NCBI GenBank assembly: GCA_947165365.1
Contig: CAMVAF010000006.1
Location: 1-52,876, forward strand
Direction: 5' to 3'
DNA length: 52,876 bases
Source: an uncultured Clostridia bacterium
GTDB taxonomy: Bacteria; Bacillota_I; Bacilli_A; RF39; UBA660
Part shown: piece after piece, positions 10,583 through 20,418 of the stretch
Numbering within the stretch: the first letter of the stretch is position 1
Layout of the letters: each line of letters opens with the position of its first letter
Notes under the pieces: generated by a model
Told to the model about the DNA's origin: nothing
Database searches by the model: none
What the model saw: the letters and a program-made list of their open reading frames with translations, nothing else
Program-made: the position numbers and the translations under genes

Positions 10583-11566
10583 GTGGGTGATAAAGTGATT
10601 AAAATAGGAAATGTTGAAATCAAAGGTAAAGTAGTTCTTGCCCCTATGGCCGGGATATGCAATAGTGCATTTAGAAAAATTATTAAAGAACAAGGTGCTT
10701 CGTTAATTTATGCCGAAATGGTAAGTGATAAAGCAATATTCTATCAAAATAATAAAACTAAAGAAATGTTATATATGGAAGAATATGAAAGACCTATTGA
10801 CCAACAGATATTTGGAAGTGATAAAGAAACATTTTGTGAAGCTGCAAAATATATAGAGGAAGTGATGCATCCAGATATCATTGATATTAATATGGGATGT
10901 CCTGTACCTAAAGTAGCTGTAAAATCACAAGCAGGTAGTGCCCTTTTAAAAAATCCCCTAAAAATCAAAGAAATTGTATCTAGTGTTGTTAAATCCGTTT
11001 CTGTTCCTGTAACTGTTAAAATAAGAAGTGGTTGGGATATGAATAGTATTAATGCTGTAGAAGTAGCTAAAATCTGTGAAGAAGCAGGTGCTTCTGCTAT
11101 TTGTATTCATCCAAGAACTAGATCGCAAGGATATTCTGGTAAAGCCGATTGGTCTATTATCAAAAAAGTAAAAGAAGTAGTAAATATTCCTGTAATTGGA
11201 AATGGTGATATTAAAACGGTTTATGATGCTAAAAGAATGATTGATGAGACAGGATGTGACCTTATCATGATAGGAAGAGGAGTCCTAGGTAATCCTTGGC
11301 TTGTAAGTGATATAAATAATTATTTAGAAAAAGGAGAATTACCAAAAGAGAGAACTAAAGAAGAAAAAATAGATATGTGTTTGCATCATCTTGATTACTT
11401 AAGTAAAATAAAACCAGAAAAAGTAGCATGTCTTGAAATCAGAAATCATATTGCATGGTATCTTAAAGGTATAAAAAATAGTAATATAATTAAAGAAAAA
11501 ATATATCAAGTAAATAAACTATGTGATATAATAAATATATTAAATGAATTCAAGGAGGAATCATGA
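10583..11566 (+). CDS. dusB: tRNA-dihydrouridine synthase (DusB family); start may be GTG 10595
   Basis: LAPMAG, DINMGCP, VTVKIRSGW, VIGNGD. Confidence 0.95.
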   Translation: MGDKVIKIGNVEIKGKVVLAPMAGICNSAFRKIIKEQGASLIYAEMVSDKAIFYQNNKTKEMLYMEEYERPIDQQIFGSDKETFCEAAKYIEEVMHPDIIDINMGCPVPKVAVKSQAGSALLKNPLKIKEIVSSVVKSVSVPVTVKIRSGWDMNSINAVEVAKICEEAGASAICIHPRTRSQGYSGKADWSIIKKVKEVVNIPVIGNGDIKTVYDAKRMIDETGCDLIMIGRGVLGNPWLVSDINNYLEKGELPKERTKEEKIDMCLHHLDYLSKIKPEKVACLEIRNHIAWYLKGIKNSNIIKEKIYQVNKLCDIINILNEFKEES

Positions 11567-12303
11567 AAAGAAAAAAACCTTATATTTATAAAAGAGTTAT
11601 CGCCTTTATTGTTGATACTTTGATTGTGACTGTTATATCAGGACTATTAACCATTATGCTTACAAATAATGAAAAATATAATGAAGATAATAAAAAATTA
11701 TTAGAATTAACCGAGAAAATAGTTAGTGAAAAACAAGATCAAGATAAATACATGGAAGAATTTAATGAATTAAATTATAATTTAACTAAAGATAGTATTG
11801 AAGTAACTATTATTACCATTGGTGTAAGTATTGTCTATTATACTATTATGTGTTATTTCTGTCATGGTATAACTTTTGGTAAGTATATTCTACAACTTCA
11901 AATAACATCTGCCAATGATAAAGAATTAAATATTTTTAATTATTTATTAAGAAGTTTAATTATTAATAGTATTTTATCTAATGTAGTAACAATTGTTTTA
12001 ATTAATACTTTATCCAAAGAAAGTTATATCAATATATCAGGTAGAGTTGGAAATGTCTTTACTATTCTTATGGTCGTATCATTTATTATGATGATGTACC
12101 GTGATGACGGAAGAGGATTACATGATTTAATTGGTAATACTAAAGTTATTAGTACTAAAGATAAAGAAGAAAAAGAAGAGGTTAAAGAAGAACCTAAAGA
12201 AATAGAAGAAGCAACTATAGTTGAAGAAAAAAAACAAACTAAGAAAAAAGGAGAAGTAAAAAATGAGAGAGTTAACCGAACAAGAAATAGTAAGAAGAAA
12301 TAA
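11563..12303 (+). CDS. RDD family membrane protein
   Basis: KRVIAFIVD, TFGK, RGLHDLIGNTKV. Confidence 0.85.
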   Translation: MKRKKPYIYKRVIAFIVDTLIVTVISGLLTIMLTNNEKYNEDNKKLLELTEKIVSEKQDQDKYMEEFNELNYNLTKDSIEVTIITIGVSIVYYTIMCYFCHGITFGKYILQLQITSANDKELNIFNYLLRSLIINSILSNVVTIVLINTLSKESYINISGRVGNVFTILMVVSFIMMMYRDDGRGLHDLIGNTKVISTKDKEEKEEVKEEPKEIEEATIVEEKKQTKKKGEVKNERVNRTRNSKKK

Positions 12304-13735
12304 ATTAGAAGAAATAAGTAAAGTATGTAATCCATATCCAGAAAGATATGAGATAACTCATCGTCTACATGAAGCGATACTTCTTCCTGATGAAACAAAA
12401 GATGTTAGTGTAGCTGGAAGAATTGTTTTCATGAGAAAAATGGGTAAATTAAGTTTCTTAAGAATAAGAGATTTAGAAGGAAGTTTACAAGTATCTATTA
12501 AAATTGATTTAGTAGGAGAAGATAAATACGCTTTCTTTAAATCCATGATTGATGTCGGAGATTTTATTGGTGTAAAAGGAGAGATGTTTACAACGCAAAC
12601 AGGAGAGAAAACTCTAAGAGCAGATGATTTTACTTTCCTTGGAAAAGCCTTAAAACCATTACCAGAAAAATTTCATGGATTAACTGATATTGAAGATAAA
12701 TATCGTGAAAGATATGTTGATTTAATATCTAATGAAGAATCAAGAAAAATCTTTCTTGGAAGAAGTAAATTATATTCATTTATTCATCGATATTTAGGAG
12801 AACATGAATTCCTACAAGTAGAAACACCTATTATGCAATCCGCTGTAACAGGTGCATCTGCAAGACCATTTTATACCCATCATAACGCTCTTGATATTGA
12901 CTTAAACTTAAGAATCGCTCCTGAAACATATTTAAAACAATGTATATCAGGTGGATTTAATAGAGTTTATGAAGTAGCAAAATGTTTTAGAAATGAAGGA
13001 ATGGATACGGAACACCTACAAGAATTTACGCAAGTAGAATGGTATGCATCATACTGGAACTTTGAAGATAATTTAAAATTCTATCAAGAATTTATTAAAA
13101 ATTTATTAATGGAATTAGTAGGAACAACAACTATTACTTATAAAGATAATACTCTAGATTTTGGTAAAGATTTTAAAAGAATCAATTATGTCGAAGAATT
13201 AACTAAAATTTTAGGATTTGATTTCTTGAGTATCACAGATCCACTTGAATTAAAAGATAAAATTATTGAAAAAGGTTTATTTACCAAAAATGATTTAGAA
13301 GATTATCATTCATTAAGTCAAATAATTGATTTTGTATATAAAAGAACTATAAGAGAAGGAATCGTTGAACCTACAGTAATCTATAATTATCCCGCTGTAT
13401 TAATCCCTCTTGCTAGAAGAAATGATAAAGACAAAAGAATTATTGATGTTTTCCAAGTTGTAGCAGGAGGAACAGAACTTTGTAAAGCTTATTCCGAATT
13501 AGTAGATCCAATAACTCAAAGACAAACATTTGAAGATCAGTTAATCGCTAAAGCTCAAGGTGATGATGAAACAATGGAAATTGATGAAGGATTTATGGGA
13601 GCTATGGAACAAGGTATGCCTCCAATATCAGGTCTTGGTTTCGGAATCGATCGTTTACTTATGTTAATTTATAATACGCAAAATATAAGAGATGTTGTTT
13701 TATTCCCATTAATGAGACAAAATGATAATAAATAA
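12263..13735 (+). CDS. lysS: Lysine--tRNA ligase (class II)
   Basis: OB fold, YRERYVDL, LRIAPE, FRNEG, GMPPISGLGFGIDR. Confidence 0.97.
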   Translation: MRELTEQEIVRRNKLEEISKVCNPYPERYEITHRLHEAILLPDETKDVSVAGRIVFMRKMGKLSFLRIRDLEGSLQVSIKIDLVGEDKYAFFKSMIDVGDFIGVKGEMFTTQTGEKTLRADDFTFLGKALKPLPEKFHGLTDIEDKYRERYVDLISNEESRKIFLGRSKLYSFIHRYLGEHEFLQVETPIMQSAVTGASARPFYTHHNALDIDLNLRIAPETYLKQCISGGFNRVYEVAKCFRNEGMDTEHLQEFTQVEWYASYWNFEDNLKFYQEFIKNLLMELVGTTTITYKDNTLDFGKDFKRINYVEELTKILGFDFLSITDPLELKDKIIEKGLFTKNDLEDYHSLSQIIDFVYKRTIREGIVEPTVIYNYPAVLIPLARRNDKDKRIIDVFQVVAGGTELCKAYSELVDPITQRQTFEDQLIAKAQGDDETMEIDEGFMGAMEQGMPPISGLGFGIDRLLMLIYNTQNIRDVVLFPLMRQNDNK

Positions 13736-13763
13736 AATTATCCACTAAAAAGTGGATTTTTTT
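13735..13763 (+). terminator. Intrinsic terminator after lysS
   Basis: atccact-aaa-agtggat stem plus T-run. Confidence 0.75.
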
Positions 13764-13821
13764 AATGTTTATTTAATTTTTCAATAATATAATGATAATG
13801 TAAATTGAAAAGGAGCATGTT

Positions 13822-14475
13822 ATGATTATTGATAGATTAGAACAAAAATACTTTCTAAATAATGAACAATTTAATAATTTATTAAAACTTATAAATAATA
13901 ATTTAGAAAAAGATAAATATTTTAAAGAAAGAATCTATAATATTTACTTTGATAATAATGATTATGAAATGATTAATCATTCCATAGATAAACCAATATA
14001 TAAAGAAAAAATAAGATTAAGAAGTTATAATAAAGATAGTAATGAAGTCTTTCTAGAAATAAAAAAGAAATACTTTGATAACAGTAATAAAAGACGAATA
14101 ACCTTAAATTATAATGATTATTTAAATAATCATCTAGATACCAATAACCAAATAGCTAAAGAATTAAATTATTATTTTAATAAATACAATCTAAAACCCA
14201 AAATAAAAGTAAATTATGATAGAATATCTTACTATTTAAAAGAAGATTCATCTTTTAGAATAACCTTTGATAATAATATCAAATATAGTTTTGATAATTT
14301 AAATCTTTATCAAGAAGATAAAAGTAAATTACTATTTAATAAAGGTTATATTATGGAGTTTAAAACATTTAATGGTATGCCACTTTGGTTAAATGATATC
14401 TTAAATAAATTAAAGATTTATCCAACTAGTTTTTCTAAAGTAGGGAAAATTTATGAAATAGAATGTAAATATTAA
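13822..14475 (+). CDS. VTC (polyphosphate polymerase-like, CYTH) domain protein
   Basis: RLEQKY, NIYFD, EKIRLRSY, FLEIKKK, RITFD, MEFK, SFSK. Confidence 0.88.
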   Translation: MIIDRLEQKYFLNNEQFNNLLKLINNNLEKDKYFKERIYNIYFDNNDYEMINHSIDKPIYKEKIRLRSYNKDSNEVFLEIKKKYFDNSNKRRITLNYNDYLNNHLDTNNQIAKELNYYFNKYNLKPKIKVNYDRISYYLKEDSSFRITFDNNIKYSFDNLNLYQEDKSKLLFNKGYIMEFKTFNGMPLWLNDILNKLKIYPTSFSKVGKIYEIECKY

Positions 14476-14513
14476 AATTTTATGTTATACTATATATAGA
14501 AAGTAGGGAAAAT

Positions 14514-15140
14514 ATGGAAAATTATAATGGGTATGTCGGTAAACTTGCCGAAAAACAAATGGAAGCTAATATGCAATCACATTTAAAAGATTATGGAAAA
14601 AAAGAATATCCCAAAGAACAAGTAGATTTACTAGATAGATTACCAGTAGATACTAAATTTAGTCTATATACTTTTTTTACCAATACTTTAAGAAAACTTT
14701 ACCAAAGAGAAACAATAGATTCTGATTACCAAGTAGATGAACAAGAGATTGCAAGAGCAATAAAATATATTAATGAAGAATGTTTAGATGATAAAGATTT
14801 CTCTAAAGTATTAACAGGTGAATCAAAAGAATTTTCTAAAGATATTGAAACATATACCATAAGAGATAATAATAATCACTTTGTTCAAGTTAAGATATCA
14901 TATCTTCCATCAATAGACTTTGATACACCAAATATTATAAGACTTAATATTTTGGAAATACCATCATTAAATAATAGTAGATCTTGTAATATTGATTTTA
15001 AAAGTAATGGCAATGTGGATATAACAAAAATGGATAATCAAGAGTTCTATTTTAAACAAGATGTCTTAGAAGATATTGAAGATTATCTAATGAATATTTA
15101 TGAATTAGCAGATCTAAGTACTAATAAAATGCATAAATAA
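14514..15140 (+). CDS. Hypothetical protein
   Basis: 208-aa ORF with upstream TG-N-TATACT and a downstream terminator; no recognisable motif. Confidence 0.7.
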   Translation: MENYNGYVGKLAEKQMEANMQSHLKDYGKKEYPKEQVDLLDRLPVDTKFSLYTFFTNTLRKLYQRETIDSDYQVDEQEIARAIKYINEECLDDKDFSKVLTGESKEFSKDIETYTIRDNNNHFVQVKISYLPSIDFDTPNIIRLNILEIPSLNNSRSCNIDFKSNGNVDITKMDNQEFYFKQDVLEDIEDYLMNIYELADLSTNKMHK

Positions 15141-15189
15141 AAAGAGCATTTAGGAAAATAAATAATAATATTTCCTGAAAGCTCTTTTT
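15141..15189 (+). terminator. Intrinsic terminator
   Basis: aaagagc...aggaaa / tttcct...gctcttttt inverted arms. Confidence 0.65.
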
Positions 15190-15199
15190 ATAATTATTA

Positions 15200-15229
15200 T
15201 TGACATTAAATATCAGTAAATGTTATTAT
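15200..15229 (+). promoter_or_regulatory. Sigma-A promoter of the small toxin-like gene
   Basis: TTGACA-18-TATTAT with extended -10 TG. Confidence 0.65.
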
Positions 15230-15286
15230 CACTATCGATATACCTAATTTTGTTAGGTCACTTCCCTTTAACAAGGAGGTGGTATC

Positions 15287-15379
15287 ATGAGAATAAAAGA
15301 ATTCTTTTTATACATCATGGTATTTGCATTACTTATCTTAGTATTCGTACCAATGATACTAGTTATAAAACTAGTTTAA
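15287..15379 (+). CDS. 30-aa hydrophobic peptide, putative type I toxin (MRIKEFFLYIMVFALLILVFVPMILVIKLV)
   Basis: Not in ORF track; AAGGAGGTG RBS; single TM; complementary 5' and 3' UTRs; convergent antisense unit. Confidence 0.7.
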   Translation: MRIKEFFLYIMVFALLILVFVPMILVIKLV

Positions 15380-15508
15380 TAAAGTAAAGCATACTAACAG
15401 GGTTTTGGTTGTTAGTATGCTTTACAAAAACACTATATTTTTGGAAGTGTACCTAACACTTGAACTTATTAGGTATATCCTTTTTTATTATATCAAGATT
15501 CCCTTGAT
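15380..15508 (-). ncRNA. Putative antisense antitoxin RNA (about 130 nt)
   Basis: Minus-strand TTGATA-17-TATTAT (15543-15515); 15-bp perfect stem 15384-15398/15411-15425 with T-rich tail on minus strand. Confidence 0.55.
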
Positions 15509-15640
15509 ATATTCATAATACCACAAAATTAAATAATTATCAATAAATTTAATTTTCATTTAATAAATAAAACATATAATTTTACTGTAATTTGAAAGGA
15601 GAGATGTTTATGAATTACAATAAATTACAGGGAGAATTAT

Positions 15641-16306
15641 ATGTTTAATAGTATTATAGAAAGTACAGGACTAACTTTACAAAGTGCAAGTATTTGTATA
15701 GTATCAAGTATTATCTTAGGATTAATAATAAGTTTTATTCACACAAAAGGTGGAAAATATTCTAAAAATATTTGTATAACACTTGCTATATTACCACTTC
15801 TTGTAGGAACTATTATGATTATGGTAAATGGTAATTTAGGAACAGGTGTTGCAATTGCAGGTGCTTTTAGTTTAGTAAGATTTAGAAGTCTGCAAGGAAC
15901 ATCAAGAGATATAATAAATATCTTTTGGGCAATGGTAGTAGGTATTGCAATTGGTATGGGACAGGTTTTATTTGCAAGTATCATAACTATTGTCGTAAGT
16001 TTAGTTTTAATGATTTTTTATTCCAAAAAATTTGGGGAAAATAAATATAATAATAAAATATTAGAAATATTAGTACCAGAGAATTTAGAATATGATACAA
16101 TGTTTAATGAAATATTTACAAGATATACTAATAAATTTGAATTAGTAAAAGTTAAAACGACAAATTTAGGTAGTCTTTATGAATTAAAATATGAAATAGA
16201 ATTAAAAAAAGATTTATCGGAAAGAGATTTAATTAATGAACTAAGAGTACTTAATGGTAATTTAAAAATAAGTATTCATAAAGATATGATGGAGGAAAGT
16301 CTATGA
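15641..16306 (+). CDS. DUF4956 family membrane protein
   Basis: GNLGTGVAIAGAFSLVRFRS; typical VTC partner. Confidence 0.9.
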   Translation: MFNSIIESTGLTLQSASICIVSSIILGLIISFIHTKGGKYSKNICITLAILPLLVGTIMIMVNGNLGTGVAIAGAFSLVRFRSLQGTSRDIINIFWAMVVGIAIGMGQVLFASIITIVVSLVLMIFYSKKFGENKYNNKILEILVPENLEYDTMFNEIFTRYTNKFELVKVKTTNLGSLYELKYEIELKKDLSERDLINELRVLNGNLKISIHKDMMEESL

Positions 16307-17979
16307 ATAAGAAAATTATTATAGTATTATTAAGTATTGTTTTAGTTGAAATGGGGTATTTAGTTTATAAAGAAATGAATCCAAATAACGAAACTATAAC
16401 TTCAGTAGATAATATTGATACAACAGCAAGTACCATTGATTATGAAAAAGAAGAAATAACATTTGATGAAGAAGGTAAAGTAGAAATTAATCTATCAAAT
16501 GTAGATAGTGTCTATAACATCACAAGTACTGGAGTATATTATTTTACGGGTACTTTAAATAATGGTTATATTAAAGTAAATACTACCCAAAATGTGGAAA
16601 TTATTTTAGATAATGTAACTATTACTAATAATAGTGGACCTTGTATTTATATTGAAAATGCGAATAATACCTATATCAAATTAGTAGGAGAAAATACATT
16701 AACTGATGGAGAAAATTATACTGGTTTTACTGATGTTGATGCCTGTATATTTAGTAAAGATGATTTAATTATTTATGGAGAAGGTACTCTTAATATTAAA
16801 GCTAATTATCAAGATGGTATAGTATCTAAAGATGATTTAACAATAGAAAATGGTGTATTTAATATTAATTCTAAAGATGATGCTATAAGAGGAAAAGATT
16901 CTGTAGTTATTGAAAATGGAACCTTTAATATTGAAGCTTTATCAGATGGCATTAAATCGACAAATGATACTGATACGGATAAAGGAAATATCTTAATTAT
17001 TAATGGAACCTTTAATATAAAATGTAATCAAGATGCTATTCAAAGTGAAAATAATTTAGAAATAGATAATGGAGTATTTAATATAACAACAAATAATGGC
17101 GCTAAAACTATTAGTTCATATCGTGGAATGGATGGAAATAGCACCAAAACAACTGAATCCAGTAAAGCCATTAAAGCAGTAGGTGATATTTTAATTAAAA
17201 ATGGTACATTTGATATTAATAGTTATGATGATGCCATTCACTCAGATGATGCTATAAACATTAATGGTGGAGAATTTAAAATAAGTACTAGTGATGATGG
17301 AATACACGCTGATAACTCAGTTACCATAAATAATGGGACAATAATTATTACCAATAGTTATGAAGGAATCGAAGCTAATTATATTATAATAAATGATGGC
17401 AATATCAAACTTGTAGCAAGAGATGATGGAATTAATGTATCAGGTGGAGCTGATTCATCTGGATTTGGAAGAGAAAGAACAACTAATACATCAAGTAATA
17501 ATAAATTAGTTATTAATGGTGGTAATATCTATGTAAACTCAACAGGTGATGGGTTAGATGCCAATGGCTCTATTTATCTTAATGGAGGTACTATTTATGT
17601 CGATGGACCAACTGATAATGGTAATGCCTCCCTTGATTATGATGGCAACTTTGAAATAACTGGAGGAACTATTATCGCAGCAGGATCCAGTGGTATGATG
17701 CAAAACGCTACCAATTCCAATCAAGGAACAGTCTTAATTTACTTTAATAATACCTTAAATGGTGGTACATCTATTAAGATAGGAGATATTTCCTATACTC
17801 CAAGTAAAAACTTTAATTGTATATTAATTTCTACTAATACTTTAAAAGTTGGTAATACCTATGATATAATGGTAAATGAAAATAAATATGAAAGTATCAC
17901 ACTATCTAATACCATTACATCAATTGGAAACGGAAGTATGGTTAATGGTATGGGAAGAGGTGGAAGAGGAAGGTATTAA
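16303..17979 (+). CDS. Carbohydrate-binding domain protein (Cthe_2159/DUF4353 beta-helix)
   Basis: N-terminal TM; repeated DGI.S/DAI.S, DDGIHAD, SYEGIEA, DGLDANG, LDYDG. Confidence 0.88.
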   Translation: MNKKIIIVLLSIVLVEMGYLVYKEMNPNNETITSVDNIDTTASTIDYEKEEITFDEEGKVEINLSNVDSVYNITSTGVYYFTGTLNNGYIKVNTTQNVEIILDNVTITNNSGPCIYIENANNTYIKLVGENTLTDGENYTGFTDVDACIFSKDDLIIYGEGTLNIKANYQDGIVSKDDLTIENGVFNINSKDDAIRGKDSVVIENGTFNIEALSDGIKSTNDTDTDKGNILIINGTFNIKCNQDAIQSENNLEIDNGVFNITTNNGAKTISSYRGMDGNSTKTTESSKAIKAVGDILIKNGTFDINSYDDAIHSDDAININGGEFKISTSDDGIHADNSVTINNGTIIITNSYEGIEANYIIINDGNIKLVARDDGINVSGGADSSGFGRERTTNTSSNNKLVINGGNIYVNSTGDGLDANGSIYLNGGTIYVDGPTDNGNASLDYDGNFEITGGTIIAAGSSGMMQNATNSNQGTVLIYFNNTLNGGTSIKIGDISYTPSKNFNCILISTNTLKVGNTYDIMVNENKYESITLSNTITSIGNGSMVNGMGRGGRGRY

Positions 17980-19004
17980 TGAAAGAAGTAATTGTCATTC
18001 CAAGCTATGAACCAGATGAAAAACTAATTGATTTAGTCTACAACATTGATAAGAAAAAATTTGATATTGTTGTTATTGATGATGGAAGTGGTAAAGATTA
18101 TCAAAATATTTACAAAATGATTAAAAACCATGTCCATTTAATAAGTTATGAAACTAATATGGGTAAAGGTTACGCCCTTAAAAAAGCATATTCCTATATT
18201 AAAGAACATTATCAAAATGATTATTTAGTAATCACAATGGATAGTGATGGACAACACCGAATAGAAGACGCTATAAAACTAGCAGAATATATTAAAAAAC
18301 ACCCCAAAGATTTAGTTTTAGGAATGCGTAAAAGAAGTGGTAAAACCCCTCTTCGTAGTCGTATTGGTAATGGAATTACTAAATTAGTCTTTCGCCTGGT
18401 ATCTCATCAAAATATTTATGATACCCAAACAGGTTTAAGATGTTTTTCTAATAAATTAATGGACTTTATGTTAAATATAGAAGGTAATCGTTATGAATAT
18501 GAAATGAATGTTCTTTTAAATGCCTCTAAAAATAATATCAAAGTTCATGAAATAGAAATAGAAACTATTTATATTGATAATAATAGTGGAAGTCACTTTA
18601 ACGCTATTAAAGATTCTATAAGAATATATAAAGATATTTTAAAGTTTTCTCTATCATCAATTATTAGTTTTCTTATAGATTATTCTTTATTTAGTATTCT
18701 TTCTATTTGGATAAAAAATATTACTATTTGTAATGTATCTGCAAGAATAGTATCAGCAACTGTTAATTATTCCTTAAATAGAAAATATGTTTTTAAAAGT
18801 AATCGAAGTATTTATAAATCATTTACATCATATGTTATCTTAGCAATATGTATATTATCTCTTAATACCATTTTGTTAAATGTTTTAGTAAATACTGTTG
18901 GTATTAATAAATTTATATCAAAAATAATTGTTGAAGTAATTCTATTTATATTTAATTATTTTATTCAAAAAAAATTAATATTCAAAAAAGGAGATGATAA
19001 ATAA
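17979..19004 (+). CDS. GT2 glycosyltransferase fused to GtrA-like domain
   Basis: VIPSYEP, IDDGS, GKGYAL, MDSDGQH, DTQTGLR; four C-terminal TMs. Confidence 0.9.
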   Translation: MKEVIVIPSYEPDEKLIDLVYNIDKKKFDIVVIDDGSGKDYQNIYKMIKNHVHLISYETNMGKGYALKKAYSYIKEHYQNDYLVITMDSDGQHRIEDAIKLAEYIKKHPKDLVLGMRKRSGKTPLRSRIGNGITKLVFRLVSHQNIYDTQTGLRCFSNKLMDFMLNIEGNRYEYEMNVLLNASKNNIKVHEIEIETIYIDNNSGSHFNAIKDSIRIYKDILKFSLSSIISFLIDYSLFSILSIWIKNITICNVSARIVSATVNYSLNRKYVFKSNRSIYKSFTSYVILAICILSLNTILLNVLVNTVGINKFISKIIVEVILFIFNYFIQKKLIFKKGDDK

Positions 19005-19873
19005 TAAAAAAATTTAAAATAATATATAGTTTATTACTGTTTATATTTACAGTTTATATATGTTTAGATACCTTTGTTATCAGTAATGTTTATGAAGTTG
19101 TTTATAATGATCAAATGATTATTACTGAAGATATAACAGGTATTACCCAAAGTAATGAAAATTACTATAAAGATGATAATATTGAAATAACTCTTACAGA
19201 ATACCGAGAATATAATACTAATATTTATGTAGCTGATGTTATTATTAATGATTCATCATATTTAAAAACTGCTTTTGCTAAAAGCAGTTATGGTAAAAAT
19301 GTTACCGATGAAACCAGTGATATCGCAGAATCAGTAAACGCTATTTTAGCAGTTAATGGTGATTATTATGGTGTAAGAGAATATGGTTATGTTCTAAAAA
19401 ATGGTAAAGTATATCGTGATACACCAAAAAATAATCAAGAAGATTTAGTAATATATCAAGATGGTACTTTTGAAATAATTAATGAAAATGATATCTCAAT
19501 TTATGATTTATTAGAAAAGGGTGCTTATAACATTTTATCTTTTGGACCAGGTTTAATTAATGATAGTGAAATGATTGTTGATACAAACGATGAAGTAGGT
19601 AAAGCTATGGCTTCAAATCCAAGAACATCTATTGGTAAAATAAGTGATAATCATTATGTCTTTGTAGTAAGTGATGGAAGAACAAGTGAAAGTAAAGGCT
19701 TATCCCTATATCAATTAGCAACATTCATGAAAAAAATAAATTGTATTACTGCTTATAATTTAGATGGAGGAGGATCGTCCACATTATATTTTAATGGTAA
19801 TATTATTAATAATCCTGTATCAATGGGTTCTAGTGAAAGGAAAGTGAGTGATATTGTCTATATTGGATATTAA
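19004..19873 (+). CDS. Phosphodiester glycosidase (NAGPA) family protein; frame open from ATA 19004, first ATG 19115
   Basis: AVNGDYY, SFGP, NPRTSIG, DGR, AYNLDGGGSS; in-frame upstream TM KKFKIIYSLLLFIFTVYICLDTFVI. Confidence 0.85.
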   Translation: MKKFKIIYSLLLFIFTVYICLDTFVISNVYEVVYNDQMIITEDITGITQSNENYYKDDNIEITLTEYREYNTNIYVADVIINDSSYLKTAFAKSSYGKNVTDETSDIAESVNAILAVNGDYYGVREYGYVLKNGKVYRDTPKNNQEDLVIYQDGTFEIINENDISIYDLLEKGAYNILSFGPGLINDSEMIVDTNDEVGKAMASNPRTSIGKISDNHYVFVVSDGRTSESKGLSLYQLATFMKKINCITAYNLDGGGSSTLYFNGNIINNPVSMGSSERKVSDIVYIGY

Positions 19874-20195
19874 AAAAATAAGAAAAAATTACATATTATT
19901 CTCATTATTTCTTTTAATCTTTATGATCATATATGAATCATTTAGTCATGAAGTATATTCAAGTTTTATGATTTATGCTTTTACAATCCCTTTAATCTTT
20001 GGATTTATTCTAAGTTATATTAAAAAAGATTATTTAAATACTTTATATAATCTAGGAATTATAACACTATCTATAGGTTCTATCTTTCAAGGAGCATTAG
20101 AAATATATGGAACAACCAATAGATTAGTATATATATACTTAATATGTGGAATAATCTTAATAATAATAGGAATAATAAAAAGTTATAGAAAATAG
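19848..20195 (+). CDS. Small four-TM membrane protein
   Basis: Hydrophobic; YESFSHEVYS and GALEIYGT motifs; overlaps previous gene. Confidence 0.75.
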   Translation: MILSILDIKKIRKNYILFSLFLLIFMIIYESFSHEVYSSFMIYAFTIPLIFGFILSYIKKDYLNTLYNLGIITLSIGSIFQGALEIYGTTNRLVYIYLICGIILIIIGIIKSYRK

Positions 20196-20202
20196 AAAAA
20201 TA

Positions 20203-20237
20203 GGAGTAATACTCCAAATTATTTGGAGTATTACTCC
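20203..20237. repeat. Perfect 17-bp inverted repeat whose arms are themselves palindromic
   Basis: ggagtaatactccaaat-t-atttggagtattactcc. Confidence 0.9.
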
Positions 20238-20418
20238 AATAATATCGAAAATCTCTTTACATAAGAGATTTTTTTATATGAAAATTTTATGAAAAATGTT
20301 GTTTTATGTCGATTTTTATGATAAGATTAATTAGTAAACTAAAGGTAGGGAAGATAACCATAATTACTCACAATAAACCTTTCGTTACATTTAATCTAGA
20401 AGTAAAGGAGGTGTGAAA

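Noticed and set aside
20330-20392. Riboswitch (e.g. c-di-GMP) in the fibre operon leader
   Set aside because: A possible stem (aaaggt...accttt) exists but no conserved riboswitch motif is recognisable
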